Below are positions 27,848-38,418 of a stretch of DNA of 64,000 nucleotides, piece by piece (position 1 is the first letter of the stretch; each line of letters starts with the position of its first letter). The notes beneath the pieces were generated by a model. It saw only the letters and a list, made by a program, of their open reading frames with translations, made no database searches and was not told the DNA's origin. The stretch is from an uncultured virus (IMG/VR IMGVR_UViG_3300042937_000239) (lineage: Duplodnaviria; Heunggongvirae; Uroviricota; Caudoviricetes). The position numbers and the translations under genes are program-made. Location of the stretch: IMG/VR virus record IMGVR_UViG_3300042937_000239; one strand, 5' to 3'.

Positions 27848-28085
27848 CTTATACTATATAGGTTTTATATTGTACTCAATATATGTACCAGAGGTCACAG
27901 ACCGTGCTCTTAAATGGCTAATTGTAATGACTAGTTTAAATTCATTTATTTACATATGGTACGAAGTATGTTCCTCAATTTAATGATAATGTTTGTTGGC
28001 ACGTTTGTAGAGCTTAATACATGGATAGCTATGGTATATGCAATAACGATGTTTAGACTGTTTGCAGATGCTTTGGAGATTATCC

Positions 28086-29414
28086 GTGGCCATTAATCTA
28101 CATCCAGCGCAATCCGAAATATATCGCGCCTTATTTATTGATCGTAGTGTAAGATATGCAACCGTTTGTTGTGCTCGGGGCTGGGGTAAATCCTATAAAG
28201 CTGCCGTAGCTGCTATTTCAGCAATATTTGAACTATTAGAATTACCTCATAATGTACCTAATAAAAAAGTGTACATTATTGCTCCTACCTTTGATCAGGT
28301 GAAGGATATTTACTATCCTCTTATAAACTATGACCTTGGGATGGAGCATTATGCAATTAAAGCATCTAGAGACACAGGACGTTTTCTATTTCCAGGTAAT
28401 GTAGAATTAATACTATTATCCTTTGAATCGGTAGAACGTATGCGTGGTAAGGGTGCTTATTTTGTAGTATGGGACGAAGTCTCTTCTTGTACTAAAGGTA
28501 TTACTGCCGAAGAAGCTTGGCAATCTGTTATACAGCCTACTATTGCTACTAGATGGAGTAATAGAAGAGCAAAAGCAGTTGGTGCTAAATCTCCTGGGCG
28601 TGCATTAGCTATTAGTACTCCAAAAGGGTATAATTTCTTTCATGAAATGTGTATGTACCACGAAACAGATCCTGATTGGGGTTTCTGGCAATATGATTAT
28701 TTACAATCACCATTCCTTGATCCTGTTGAGATTGAAAAGTTAAAAGATAAGCTAGACCCTGTAACATGGGCCTCAGAATATATGGCTTCATTTGCAGAGT
28801 CTGGTAATAGCGTATTCTATTGTTTTGATAGAAAGAAACATGTAGATGCTCATTTACAATACTTTGAACCAGGAGAAGATGTACATGTCTGTATCGACTT
28901 TAACGTCATGCGACAATGTTCTAGCATCTTTGCACTCAGAGGTCATCAGATGCAGTTTATCGATGAGATGCAAGGACACCCAGACACTGAAGCCCTCGCT
29001 ATCGCTCTTAAAACTAAATTCCAAGGGCATAAGATCTACGCCTATCCTGATCCATCAGGAAGAGCTAGAAAGACTTCTGCGCCAGTGGGACGAACGGATT
29101 TTAGCATATTAGAATCTAATGGTATTATTTGTATAGCACATAGAGCAGCGCCACCCATTGTGGATAGTGTAGCGGCTGTTAATCGTAAGTTACATACAGC
29201 ATCTGGTAAAATAGATATGTATGTACATCCCAGATGTAGTGGTACCATTTTATCATTAGAGAGAACAAAGTGGACTGACCGCAACTTAGATATAGCGACT
29301 ATCGATAAGTCGGAAGGTATAGAACATTTCTCTGATGGTGTACGCTACGCAGTAGAATATCTGTATCCAATTCAAACAGGTGGGAAAAGAACTTCCCGAG
29401 GTTTCAACTTTTAA
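28086..29414 (+). CDS. terL: terminase large subunit
   Basis: LHPAQ; CARGWGKS Walker A; IAPT; VWDE Walker B; ISTPKG; IDFN nuclease; HFSDGVRY; GTG 28086 after GGAG. Confidence 0.93.
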   Translation: MAINLHPAQSEIYRALFIDRSVRYATVCCARGWGKSYKAAVAAISAIFELLELPHNVPNKKVYIIAPTFDQVKDIYYPLINYDLGMEHYAIKASRDTGRFLFPGNVELILLSFESVERMRGKGAYFVVWDEVSSCTKGITAEEAWQSVIQPTIATRWSNRRAKAVGAKSPGRALAISTPKGYNFFHEMCMYHETDPDWGFWQYDYLQSPFLDPVEIEKLKDKLDPVTWASEYMASFAESGNSVFYCFDRKKHVDAHLQYFEPGEDVHVCIDFNVMRQCSSIFALRGHQMQFIDEMQGHPDTEALAIALKTKFQGHKIYAYPDPSGRARKTSAPVGRTDFSILESNGIICIAHRAAPPIVDSVAAVNRKLHTASGKIDMYVHPRCSGTILSLERTKWTDRNLDIATIDKSEGIEHFSDGVRYAVEYLYPIQTGGKRTSRGFNF

Positions 29415-29424
29415 GGATATTAAG

Positions 29425-29805
29425 ATGGAAACACAAGACTGGGTCAACATCTTTATTGGTGTTGGAGGGACTATTGCAACGACTTTTATAGGGTTGTTAA
29501 CAACCAAGTTCAAAAGTCTAGAGGACGACCATGATGTGGCTATTCAAGCATTAAACGATTTAAGAATTTTAATTGCAACTGATTATGTTAAAAGAACAGA
29601 TTTAAATGTACATCTTAGTGAGATATCTCGCAAACTAGATAAGTTAGAAGAGTTAGAGGTACAAATGTCTACTCATTATGCACGTAAAGAAGATTTGAGA
29701 GGTCTAGGCGATAGTTTGGGAAAGAAACTAGACCTAGTACTCGAAAAGTTAGAGAGAAAAGTAGATAAATACGATTATACCCCGGAACGGAGGAATAATG
29801 GCTAG
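29425..29805 (+). CDS. N-terminal TM plus coiled-coil protein (possible holin/lysis accessory)
   Basis: WVNIFIGVGGTIATTFIGLL TM; two internal T.Y..(R/K).DL...L..KLD repeats. Confidence 0.55.
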   Translation: METQDWVNIFIGVGGTIATTFIGLLTTKFKSLEDDHDVAIQALNDLRILIATDYVKRTDLNVHLSEISRKLDKLEELEVQMSTHYARKEDLRGLGDSLGKKLDLVLEKLERKVDKYDYTPERRNNG

Positions 29806-30382
29806 GTCTAGAATAAATGTAATAACAACAGATTTAATATCCGATGCTGGTAATTCATTATGGTCATTGGTACAAGGTGAACAACTTGAGTACCCAATTA
29901 CAGTGGGTTTCTTAGGGCGTACTGACTTAGGCCATACATTTAGTGCTGTTGTTGCTGAAGGTTTAAACACAACAATCGGTAAGGATAAAATACCAACTGC
30001 AATAAGACCAAACGGTATTGTTACCACACTCTCCATTAGAAATCCAGTTAATAGAGATTTATGGAATGCTACCCTTGCCTACAATGCAGAGGAAATTGTT
30101 CTCTACAACAATAGCTATTACAGACTAACAACTGGTACATCTAGAGTAAACAGTACAACACCTGCTTTAGATAGTGCGTGGGCATTAACATCACCTAATA
30201 TTATTTACATTAGATTCCCCGAGACACTCGGGACAAATTGGCTAGTAGGCCCGTCAGTAAGCAAAGCTGCATATGGATTCTTCGAACTACAAGTTTCGGA
30301 GCCACCTGCAGTACTGTTTAAAAGAGTATGGAAACCTGTACGCGGAACTGTGGAGCTATTATTTAGTCCCACAGAATTATAG
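29798..30382 (+). CDS. putative virion structural protein
   Basis: Contains WNATLAYNAEEIVLYNNSYY (CBM5/12-like) segment. Confidence 0.55.
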   Translation: MARSRINVITTDLISDAGNSLWSLVQGEQLEYPITVGFLGRTDLGHTFSAVVAEGLNTTIGKDKIPTAIRPNGIVTTLSIRNPVNRDLWNATLAYNAEEIVLYNNSYYRLTTGTSRVNSTTPALDSAWALTSPNIIYIRFPETLGTNWLVGPSVSKAAYGFFELQVSEPPAVLFKRVWKPVRGTVELLFSPTEL

Positions 30383-30828
30383 TGTATGTTGTAACACCTC
30401 TTGAGAAGACAGTTAATGCAATTCTAGCAAAAACTACAACAATTTCAGCAGTAACACCCTCAATAACTAATATATTAGCTAATGTTTCAGTAACTTCAAT
30501 AGTAGCTTCAGGCGAGATTCAAGACTTAGTCTTTGCACCTGTAGTACCAATAACTGTCATTGATGGTAATACGATAGTTACACCTACATTAGCATACTCT
30601 CCTGTTTTAGAAAATATATCAAGCAGTATTAGTATGATGCCTTACACGGCAAGTGCAGCTACTGTTTTACAATATGAACTAACAGGTGTCGAGAAAGCTC
30701 CTACTATTTTGTACTCATCGCTAGATGCAGAGTATGTTATGGATGGGTATCTCGATGATGGTTATGTTTATAAAGGCCAATTATACATATTAGATGGGTA
30801 TCTGCTAGAAGGATACATCGAATTATAG
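30382..30828 (+). CDS. putative virion protein
   Basis: Thr/Val/Ser-rich; Y..DGY...GY repeats. Confidence 0.5.
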   Translation: MYVVTPLEKTVNAILAKTTTISAVTPSITNILANVSVTSIVASGEIQDLVFAPVVPITVIDGNTIVTPTLAYSPVLENISSSISMMPYTASAATVLQYELTGVEKAPTILYSSLDAEYVMDGYLDDGYVYKGQLYILDGYLLEGYIEL

Positions 30829-30837
30829 GAGTAACAA

Positions 30838-31095
30838 ATGGTTCAGCTAGTTACAAGAATTAGTAAAGGATCTCCGTTAACCTACTTAGAGATGGATAAC
30901 AATCTTGTCTCGCTAAAGACTGGAATTGACACACTAAGCACAACTGTAGAATCTTATATTACAGATAATGATGTTGTTGTGTCCTTTAAAGCAGATAGAA
31001 GTGAATTGGCAACTGTTGCCTTCTCAGGAGATTACAGAGATCTTTTAAACAAACCACAGCTAGTAAACGCTAGTTGGAAACTTTTTGAGGAATAA
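30838..31095 (+). CDS. fibre-associated protein
   Basis: KGSPLTYLEMDNN and LATVAFSGDYRDLLNKP, both common in fibre proteins. Confidence 0.6.
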   Translation: MVQLVTRISKGSPLTYLEMDNNLVSLKTGIDTLSTTVESYITDNDVVVSFKADRSELATVAFSGDYRDLLNKPQLVNASWKLFEE

Positions 31096-31097
31096 AA

Positions 31098-32066
31098 ATG
31101 GCAAATGTAAATGATGTAACAGTAAATTATAACTTCCCAATCCCTAATCTAAATAATACAATTACGTATGATATTGGTAGATTGAGAACAGCATTAGGTA
31201 GTATGGATGCTTTGTTTAGCACACATGCTGCAGCAATTAATACAAAAGAAGCTACTGCTAATAAAGGCGTAGCAAACGGTTATGCACCATTAGGCGCAGA
31301 TACTTTAATTCCTTCACAATATCTTCCTAGCTATGTAGATGATGTTGTAGAAGCAGCTGCTCTTGCTAACTTTCCTGTAACAGGTGAGACTGGTAAGATC
31401 TACGTTGCAACAGGCACTGGCAAGACTTATAGATGGTCTGGTAGTGTATATATTGAAATCAATACATCTGTTGGCAGTGCAGACACATCTGTTAAGTTAA
31501 CAACACCAAGAACTATTAGTACTACAGGTGATGGTGTTTGGTCTGTAACCTTTGATGGTACTGCAAACGTAACAGCAGCATTGACACTTAAAAATAGTGG
31601 TGTTACTGCAGGTACTTATGATACTAGTCCAACAGCTATTACTCCAATTACTGTTGATGCGCAAGGTCGTATTACAGGTACAGGCACAGCTGTAACAATT
31701 ACACCTGCTTTTGCTAGCTTAACTGGCGTGCCTACAACTATTGCTGGTTTTGGTATTACCAATGCTTACACTAAAACAGAAGTAGATACAGCAATTACTA
31801 GTGCAACACCTAGCTTTAGTACATTAACTGGTAAACCTACTACATTATCTGGGTATGGCATTACTGATGCTGCTACTAGTGCTTCCTTAACTTCACATGC
31901 TAATGATGCTGCATTGCATTTAACCGCAGGTCAAAATACATTTATTGACGCAATCACTGCAAGTTCTGTTGAAGTAAATTATCTTGTTGGTGTTACCTCT
32001 GCTATTCAAACACAACTTAATGCTAAATTAACAAAATCAGGCGCTACTTGGGCTGACTTTACATAG
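31098..32066 (+). CDS. tail/head fibre protein
   Basis: KGVANGYAPL..IPSQYLPSYVDDV; ITVDAQGRIT; GKPTTLSGYGITDA repeats. Confidence 0.75.
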   Translation: MANVNDVTVNYNFPIPNLNNTITYDIGRLRTALGSMDALFSTHAAAINTKEATANKGVANGYAPLGADTLIPSQYLPSYVDDVVEAAALANFPVTGETGKIYVATGTGKTYRWSGSVYIEINTSVGSADTSVKLTTPRTISTTGDGVWSVTFDGTANVTAALTLKNSGVTAGTYDTSPTAITPITVDAQGRITGTGTAVTITPAFASLTGVPTTIAGFGITNAYTKTEVDTAITSATPSFSTLTGKPTTLSGYGITDAATSASLTSHANDAALHLTAGQNTFIDAITASSVEVNYLVGVTSAIQTQLNAKLTKSGATWADFT

Positions 32067-32073
32067 GTGATTT

Positions 32074-32658
32074 ATGGCGAATACTAATACAGTCACTACA
32101 AACTATTCTTTACCAGTCCCTGAATTGACTAATACATTAGTATATGACATTCCTAGGATTAAGACAGCATTGCAGGCAGTCGATACCGCATTATTTGGAA
32201 AGCAAGCTACATTAGTTTCTGGCACTAATATTAAAACTGTTAACGGTGTTAACCTATTAGGCTCAGGGGATATAACTGTTGCAAGCAGTGGCGGAGGATT
32301 AGCAGCTACTACAATTAAAACAGCTGCATACACTTCAGTCGCTAATGACCTGGTCAGATGTAATACTGCAGCAGGTGCTTTTAATGTTACATTCCCAGCA
32401 GCACCTTCTGACGGTGCCACAATTGGTTTTGTCGATACTAATAATTCCTTTGGCACAAATAACTTAACAATACTTCCAAATACTGGACAAACAATAGAAT
32501 CAGACAATACATCATTTATATTAGATATTAGTGGTGCGGCTGTTTCATTTGTTTATACTGGTACTAATTGGAAATTATTACAAACACCGTCTGTCCCAGC
32601 GACAGCAATATTAACAACCGGCAAGGCTATTGCCATGTCTATCGTCTTTGGAGGTTAA
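32074..32658 (+). CDS. fibre protein, N-terminally paralogous to 31098
   Basis: Shared N-terminus; LVSGTNIKTVNG; AFNVTFPAAP..G. Confidence 0.7.
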   Translation: MANTNTVTTNYSLPVPELTNTLVYDIPRIKTALQAVDTALFGKQATLVSGTNIKTVNGVNLLGSGDITVASSGGGLAATTIKTAAYTSVANDLVRCNTAAGAFNVTFPAAPSDGATIGFVDTNNSFGTNNLTILPNTGQTIESDNTSFILDISGAAVSFVYTGTNWKLLQTPSVPATAILTTGKAIAMSIVFGG

Positions 32659-33048
32659 ATGGCTAGTCCAAATATAGTAAACGTGGCAAACATCTATGGC
32701 AGAACAACCTATCTAACACCTAGTGTCAATACGAACGTTGTGCTATTAACCAATGCCGCGTCTAGTGGTAAAATATTAAAATTAAACACAATATTAGCAA
32801 CCAATGTTGATGGTGCAACTTCTATAAATGCTACCGTCTCCTTGTATACTAATGGTGCAGCGGCTCAAGGTTCTGCTCCCAGCGGTGGTACAGCGTTTCC
32901 TTTGATATTTACAGTTGCAGTTCCAGCTGGTGCTGCTTTATCGTTGTTAGATAAATCAATATATTTAGATGAAAATATGTCTATTGTTGTAACATCAGGT
33001 ACAGCTAGCAAAATTAATTATACTATTTCTTATGATGAGATTTCCTAA
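32659..33048 (+). CDS. putative virion structural protein
   Basis: Beta-rich 129 aa within the fibre block. Confidence 0.55.
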   Translation: MASPNIVNVANIYGRTTYLTPSVNTNVVLLTNAASSGKILKLNTILATNVDGATSINATVSLYTNGAAAQGSAPSGGTAFPLIFTVAVPAGAALSLLDKSIYLDENMSIVVTSGTASKINYTISYDEIS

Positions 33049-34106
33049 TGGCTAAATATCAAGGAGGTATGATTGGAAGCTTAGCGAATAACCCCGATGG
33101 TACTAACTATACTGGTAAAGCTAATGGTGTCTTTTCATTACCGCAACAAATTGTTAATAAACGTTCATCTACATGGGCAATAGGTCAGACAAAGCCTAAT
33201 CCTCCAACTATAGGGACTGCTACTGGTACTGGTAGTACTTCAATATCGGTGGCATTTATTCCTCCAGTTCAAAATGGTGGCTCTAGTATTACAAGTTATA
33301 CTGTCACGAGTTCTGGCGGTCAAACAGCTACAGGAGCAAGTTCTCCGATTGTTGTTACAGGATTAACTACAGGTACGAGTTATACGTTTACCGTAACAGC
33401 TACTAATGCATTAGGTACAAGTATTAGTTCTGGAACTTCTAATAGTGCAACTCCAGCAATTACTGACCCATATTTCAGTTCAGTTGTTTTATTATTAAAC
33501 GGTGATACCATCACGGATTTGAGCAGTAGTCCTAAGACTATAACAGCTTATGGTAATACTCAGATTAGCACGAGTATTAAAAAATATGGCACAGGTAGTA
33601 TGTACTTTGATGGGACTGGGGATTATTTGGGATACCTGACTAATAGCTCAACCACTATTAACGGTACTGAAGACTTTACTATTGAAGCATGGCTTAATCC
33701 TAATTTAGCAAATACTTATCATTGTTTTTACAGTTCACAGTGGGCAATTCAGTGTTATATGACTTCAAGCAGAGTTATTGAGATATATCTGAGTAGTTCT
33801 GCTACTACTAGTGCTTATTTCGCTGTAGTATCATCTACTGGAGCTATTTCATTAAATCAGTGGTCACATATTGCTATAACTAGAAATGGTAGTAATATTA
33901 GACTATTTATTAATGGTGTGCTTAATGGTACAGCAGATTCAACAACTGCTAGTATTGGAGCTGGCACAGCAGCTTCGATTGGTAGTTTTAATTCAGGTAA
34001 TCAATATACATTTTCTGGATACATGGACGACCTCCGTATCACCAAAGGCATCGCTCGTTACACAACCAACTTCACCCCACCAACAGCATCATTCCCAACT
34101 TCATGA
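33048..34106 (+). CDS. FN3 plus LamG/concanavalin-like domain virion protein
   Basis: FN3: PP..NGGS.ITSYTV...GLTTGTSYTFTVTATNALG; LamG: DFTIEAW...WSHIAITR...LFING...MDDLRITKG. Confidence 0.85.
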   Translation: MAKYQGGMIGSLANNPDGTNYTGKANGVFSLPQQIVNKRSSTWAIGQTKPNPPTIGTATGTGSTSISVAFIPPVQNGGSSITSYTVTSSGGQTATGASSPIVVTGLTTGTSYTFTVTATNALGTSISSGTSNSATPAITDPYFSSVVLLLNGDTITDLSSSPKTITAYGNTQISTSIKKYGTGSMYFDGTGDYLGYLTNSSTTINGTEDFTIEAWLNPNLANTYHCFYSSQWAIQCYMTSSRVIEIYLSSSATTSAYFAVVSSTGAISLNQWSHIAITRNGSNIRLFINGVLNGTADSTTASIGAGTAASIGSFNSGNQYTFSGYMDDLRITKGIARYTTNFTPPTASFPTS

Positions 34107-34115
34107 GGATAAAAC

Positions 34116-35984
34116 ATGTCTAAAAGCTTATCCTCGATTTTACGGGGAACAAATTATGGTACATTACCAATATCTGCAGGCGGCACAGGCGGTAATACAG
34201 CGGCTACAGCATTAACAGCTTTAGGGGCACAAGCTATATTACCTGCAGCTAATGGTAGCGCAAATGGTTACTTAACATCTACTGACTGGACTACGTTTAA
34301 TTCTAAACTAAGTTCATATACGTTGCCAACTGCTGGTGCATCTACATTAGGTGGTATTAAAGTTGGTACAGGATTAACTATTGATGGCAATGGCATACTC
34401 ACAACAACCAATAGCGGCACAGTAACTTCAGTAGCAGGCACTGCACCTATAGCTTCAAGTGGCGGTGCAACACCTACTATCAGCATAGCCGCTGCCACTA
34501 CATCAGTAAGTGGTTATCTGACATCTACCGATTGGAATACATTTAACTCTAAGCAAGCTGCTCTAGTATCAGCAACTAATATTAAAACTGTCAATGGCAC
34601 AACGTTACTAGGTAGTGGTGATTTAGTTATTAGCGGAGGAGCAAGTGCTACTAAAACAATTGCAAATAAAACAGCTGCATACACAGTAGTAGCAGGTGAT
34701 TTAGGTAAAATCATCAACTGTACTAGTGGTACATTCACCGTCAGTTTAACGGCAGCAGCTACATTAGGTGCAGGGTTTGTTTGTACGATTTGGAATACGT
34801 CTATAGTAAGTAATGATGTTATTACTATAGACCCTAATGCAAGTGAATCTCTTGATTACTGCAATACTAAAAAGCTACGCAGTGGTGAAGGTTTTAGTAT
34901 TATTAGTGATGGTGTAAATTGGCAGACTGATAATAAGAAGCCAATGAAAGGTTATGCTGAGAATTTTTCAAATTTAAGTGCTGGAGCTATTGCTTCTGGT
35001 TCTTATGGAGTACGTATTGGTTCTGAAGGCTCTTCAACTGGTGACCAAGCCTATGCGATAGGACATCAAGCTATAGCATCTAGCACCGATTCATATAGTA
35101 TTGGTCGCAGCTGTACAGCTTCGGGATATGCTTCTCATAGTATTGGAAATAGCTGTACTGCAGCATCTAACTACTCAACAGCTCTTGGCACAAATTCGGC
35201 AGCTTCAGGCTCAGTCACCGCCACAGGCGCAGGCGCAATGGCACTAGGTGGTTCTTATGCTAGCGGTGTAAATAGCTTTGCTGCCGCTATCGGTAATAAT
35301 ACAAGTACCTATGGGACGGGTGGGTTGGGTAGTATTGCTATGGGTGTTAACAGTAAGGCAACAACAACTAATGCAGTTGCAATAGGCAGTTCAAGTACGG
35401 CATCTGGTGTAATGGCAACTGCATTAGGTAATGCAACTGCATCAGGAGAGCGTTCCTTCGCGGTTGGATATGGGTGGCAAGGAAATACTCTGGCAAGTGC
35501 AAAAGGTTCTTTTGCGCTTGGAGCAGACTCTGTTAGTAATATTATTGGTAAATTTACGTATGCTTCTGAGGCATTTGGCGCGGGTGGCGATGCTCAATTC
35601 GGTAAACTTGTTCTTCGCGCAGCAACCACAACCACAACAGCCGTAGTATTAACTTCCAATGGCGCAGCAGCATCAACAACCAACCAACTTATCGTGGCAA
35701 CCAACCAAGCTATGACATTCTTTGGCACTCTAATTGCCAAACAATCTGCATCAGCTAATATGGCAAGTTATCTAATTAAAGGGGCAATCGTTAATAACGC
35801 AGGTACTGTGAGTATCTCTAGTATAGCTATTGAAACAATAGTTGACACTATAGGGTTAACAACACAACCAACATATACAGCTGACAATACAAACAAGGGG
35901 CTTACTGTAACCAGTGGTGCAAAAGCAACAACAAATATTAGATGGGTCTGTAATTTAGATTCTGTTGAAGTAACTTACGCATAA
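34116..35984 (+). CDS. fibre/adhesin with YadA-head-like repeats
   Basis: Repeated A.AIG..A.AS units; GYLTSTDW.TFNSK twice; LGGIKVG. Confidence 0.75.
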   Translation: MSKSLSSILRGTNYGTLPISAGGTGGNTAATALTALGAQAILPAANGSANGYLTSTDWTTFNSKLSSYTLPTAGASTLGGIKVGTGLTIDGNGILTTTNSGTVTSVAGTAPIASSGGATPTISIAAATTSVSGYLTSTDWNTFNSKQAALVSATNIKTVNGTTLLGSGDLVISGGASATKTIANKTAAYTVVAGDLGKIINCTSGTFTVSLTAAATLGAGFVCTIWNTSIVSNDVITIDPNASESLDYCNTKKLRSGEGFSIISDGVNWQTDNKKPMKGYAENFSNLSAGAIASGSYGVRIGSEGSSTGDQAYAIGHQAIASSTDSYSIGRSCTASGYASHSIGNSCTAASNYSTALGTNSAASGSVTATGAGAMALGGSYASGVNSFAAAIGNNTSTYGTGGLGSIAMGVNSKATTTNAVAIGSSSTASGVMATALGNATASGERSFAVGYGWQGNTLASAKGSFALGADSVSNIIGKFTYASEAFGAGGDAQFGKLVLRAATTTTTAVVLTSNGAAASTTNQLIVATNQAMTFFGTLIAKQSASANMASYLIKGAIVNNAGTVSISSIAIETIVDTIGLTTQPTYTADNTNKGLTVTSGAKATTNIRWVCNLDSVEVTYA

Positions 35985-36008
35985 ATAAAATACAATAAGG
36001 AATATAAC

Positions 36009-36302
36009 ATGGCAATACAATTAGATTTAGCAACATCAAACTACGGTGTACCATTTGAAGGTGCTTATTTTCGTATCGTGACAGCATCTATTAGTCGTCA
36101 ACGTAATGCTCAGTTTTCTGTAATGATTGACGTAGTAGGTTATGCAACTAAACCAACTAATGATGATACTAAAGATATTGACTTCAGACGCTACCATGCA
36201 CCTCTTGCAGATGTAGAAGCACAAGCGGGAGCAACATTCCTAGAAAAGTCTTATAACTGGGTATCTTTACAAGATGATATGCAAGGTTCATTAGGAGTTT
36301 AA
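36009..36302 (+). CDS. fibre-associated small protein
   Basis: AAGGA RBS; follows the adhesin. Confidence 0.55.
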   Translation: MAIQLDLATSNYGVPFEGAYFRIVTASISRQRNAQFSVMIDVVGYATKPTNDDTKDIDFRRYHAPLADVEAQAGATFLEKSYNWVSLQDDMQGSLGV

Positions 36303-36305
36303 TTT

Positions 36306-37253
36306 ATGGCAGTTAATGTCAATCATGTAACTAATATAATAACAGCTGATTCTGGCATTGTAGCAATGTCATCAAATTTTGGTTTTAAGAATCGAATTAT
36401 TAATGGTCAATTTAATATAAGCCAACGTGGTATTGCTGCACAAACTATAACAGCTGGGGTAACTGTCCCAACAGTATCAACTGGTTATCAATTGGATAGA
36501 TGGTTTGGTTATAGTACTGGTGCTAATGTGACAATACAACCTGTTGCTGTTGGCACTACGATTACTGCGCAAATAACTGGGGCAGCTAGTGTAGCAACTG
36601 TAGGCCTAGGACAAAGAATTGAAGCATTGAATTCACAAGACCTTGCTGGTAAATATGTGACATTGTCGTTCATGGCGCGTAACTCATTATTAACAACAAT
36701 GAATGTTGCCATCTCTTATGCAAATACATCAGACACATTTGGACCGATTGGTACTCCAACCAAGACAGCTATTACAAATCAAAATTTCAATATTACATCT
36801 ACATTAACTCAATACTCAATGACATTTTTGATGCCAGCTGCAGCAACAACTGGTATAGAAATCTTATTTACTGTTGGTGCGCAAACAAGCGGTACATGGA
36901 ATCTTGCGACAGCTCAGCTTGAACAAGGTAACGCTGCAACAGCTTTTGATTATAGACCTATTGGAAAAGAGTTATCACTTTGTCAACGATACCTAGAAGT
37001 AATAGCATCAACTGTATTCAGATGGTCTGGTTATAATCCAACAGCAGCCGCTGCAAATAATTATGGCATTATACCAATGCAGGCTATTAAACGAATAAGT
37101 CCATCGACTGTAATGTCATTTAGTGCGACTAATATAAGTGCTGTAAATTTAACTGGTAGTACTACTTCTTTAGCTTTTAGTGCAACAAATGCAGCTGCTG
37201 GTTTTTGGCTATTTTATAATTCAGTCGCTGCAACAATAAATGCGGAGCTTTAA
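36306..37253 (+). CDS. tail fibre / carbohydrate-binding virion protein
   Basis: FKNRIINGQFNISQRG...DRW...QRIE...QLEQG..AT.FDYRP...EL.LCQRY. Confidence 0.75.
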   Translation: MAVNVNHVTNIITADSGIVAMSSNFGFKNRIINGQFNISQRGIAAQTITAGVTVPTVSTGYQLDRWFGYSTGANVTIQPVAVGTTITAQITGAASVATVGLGQRIEALNSQDLAGKYVTLSFMARNSLLTTMNVAISYANTSDTFGPIGTPTKTAITNQNFNITSTLTQYSMTFLMPAAATTGIEILFTVGAQTSGTWNLATAQLEQGNAATAFDYRPIGKELSLCQRYLEVIASTVFRWSGYNPTAAAANNYGIIPMQAIKRISPSTVMSFSATNISAVNLTGSTTSLAFSATNAAAGFWLFYNSVAATINAEL

Positions 37254-37430
37254 GTGTATAAATTAATAGATGATCGATCGGTTCTCAGAACAATAGATAA
37301 TGCAGTGATTCCTTTAGATGAAAATAATTCTGACTATACTCAGTATTTAGAATGGCTAGCTAATGGCAATATTGCTGAGGTTATTGGAGGCATACCTGTA
37401 CAGGAAGCGCCTGCCAATTTAATTATATAA
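37254..37430 (+). CDS. small fibre-assembly-like protein (58 aa)
   Basis: GTG start; IP.D..N.DY..YLEW.A.GN motif typical after such fibre genes. Confidence 0.6.
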   Translation: MYKLIDDRSVLRTIDNAVIPLDENNSDYTQYLEWLANGNIAEVIGGIPVQEAPANLII

Positions 37431-37493
37431 CAGGGACTACTCCCTATTCCCTCGCTAAGTAGGTTACTTAGCAAACCAACCTAGGAGTTTACA

Positions 37494-37601
37494 ATGTACG
37501 CAAATATTTTAGAAGATATTATTGAGGAAGTCGTTGATCTTGTGGTGCCCGACGATGTGGTTGAAGAAATTGTTGAAACAATCGTAGAGGAACTATTATG
37601 A
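37494..37601 (+). CDS. 35-aa extremely acidic peptide
   Basis: AGGAG RBS; MYANILEDIIEEVVDLVVPDDVVEEIVETIVEELL. Confidence 0.5.
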   Translation: MYANILEDIIEEVVDLVVPDDVVEEIVETIVEELL

Positions 37602-37765
37602 AAAACAGTTTAGATAAAGCATTTAAAGACGCAGGAAAAGCTATTAATCACACTGTACACGAAGCAGCAGATGTTGCAGAAAAAGTTGTGACTAACCCTG
37701 ATGTACAAGACGTGGCAAAAGAAGTTGCTATTGGCGTTGCTGTTGCAGCTATTACAGCGGCTTAA
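37598..37765 (+). CDS. 55-aa protein with a hydrophobic C-terminus
   Basis: ATGA overlap; GAGG RBS; directly before the lysozyme. Confidence 0.5.
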   Translation: MKNSLDKAFKDAGKAINHTVHEAADVAEKVVTNPDVQDVAKEVAIGVAVAAITAA

Positions 37766-37767
37766 TT

Positions 37768-38223
37768 ATGGAACTTAGCGATAAAGGCGCAGAAGACTTA
37801 AAAGGTTCTGAAGGGTTTAGATCGCAACCGTATCCAGATGGTGAGGGCGTCCCTACTATTGGCTTTGGCAGTACCTTCTATGAAGATGGTACCAAAGTTA
37901 CTATGAAAGACGCTCCCATTACTAAGGAACGAGCGTTACAGCTTTTCAAGGTTACCCTTAAGCAATACGTAAGCGCAGTAGACAAGTCTGTTACTGTATC
38001 CTTAACCCAAAACGAATTCGATGCATTGGTCGAATTAACATATAATATTGGTGGCCCTGCTTTCAAAGGCTCTACACTATTACGTTTATTAAATGCAGGC
38101 GCACCGAAAGAACAAGTGGCTGCTCAATTCCTTAGATGGAATAAAGATAACGGTAAGGTAGTTGTCGGCTTGACCAATAGACGCAAACGTGAATCAAACA
38201 AATTTTTAGGACTTACAAAATGA
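37768..38223 (+). CDS. endolysin, GH24 lysozyme
   Basis: EGFR..PY.D..G.PTIGFG catalytic E-D-T; YNIG; GLTNRR..E. Confidence 0.92.
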   Translation: MELSDKGAEDLKGSEGFRSQPYPDGEGVPTIGFGSTFYEDGTKVTMKDAPITKERALQLFKVTLKQYVSAVDKSVTVSLTQNEFDALVELTYNIGGPAFKGSTLLRLLNAGAPKEQVAAQFLRWNKDNGKVVVGLTNRRKRESNKFLGLTK

Positions 38224-38417
38224 GTGAATTAATTGAACCAAAAGCAGTACCAGTTGCTAAAGTCAACACTGTTGAGATTGCACCATTCTATTGTCAAACA
38301 CCTTCTGATTGGGACTTAGCAATAAGTGCAGATGGCGTAGTAACAGCGCATAGCCCTGTTTCTGGAGAAACCTTTGAGGGAACAATGGATGAGTTTAACA
38401 AAGCTATGAGAGGCTAA
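38220..38417 (+). CDS. hypothetical protein
   Basis: 65 aa between lysozyme and portal. Confidence 0.55.
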   Translation: MSELIEPKAVPVAKVNTVEIAPFYCQTPSDWDLAISADGVVTAHSPVSGETFEGTMDEFNKAMRG

Positions 38418-38418
38418 G

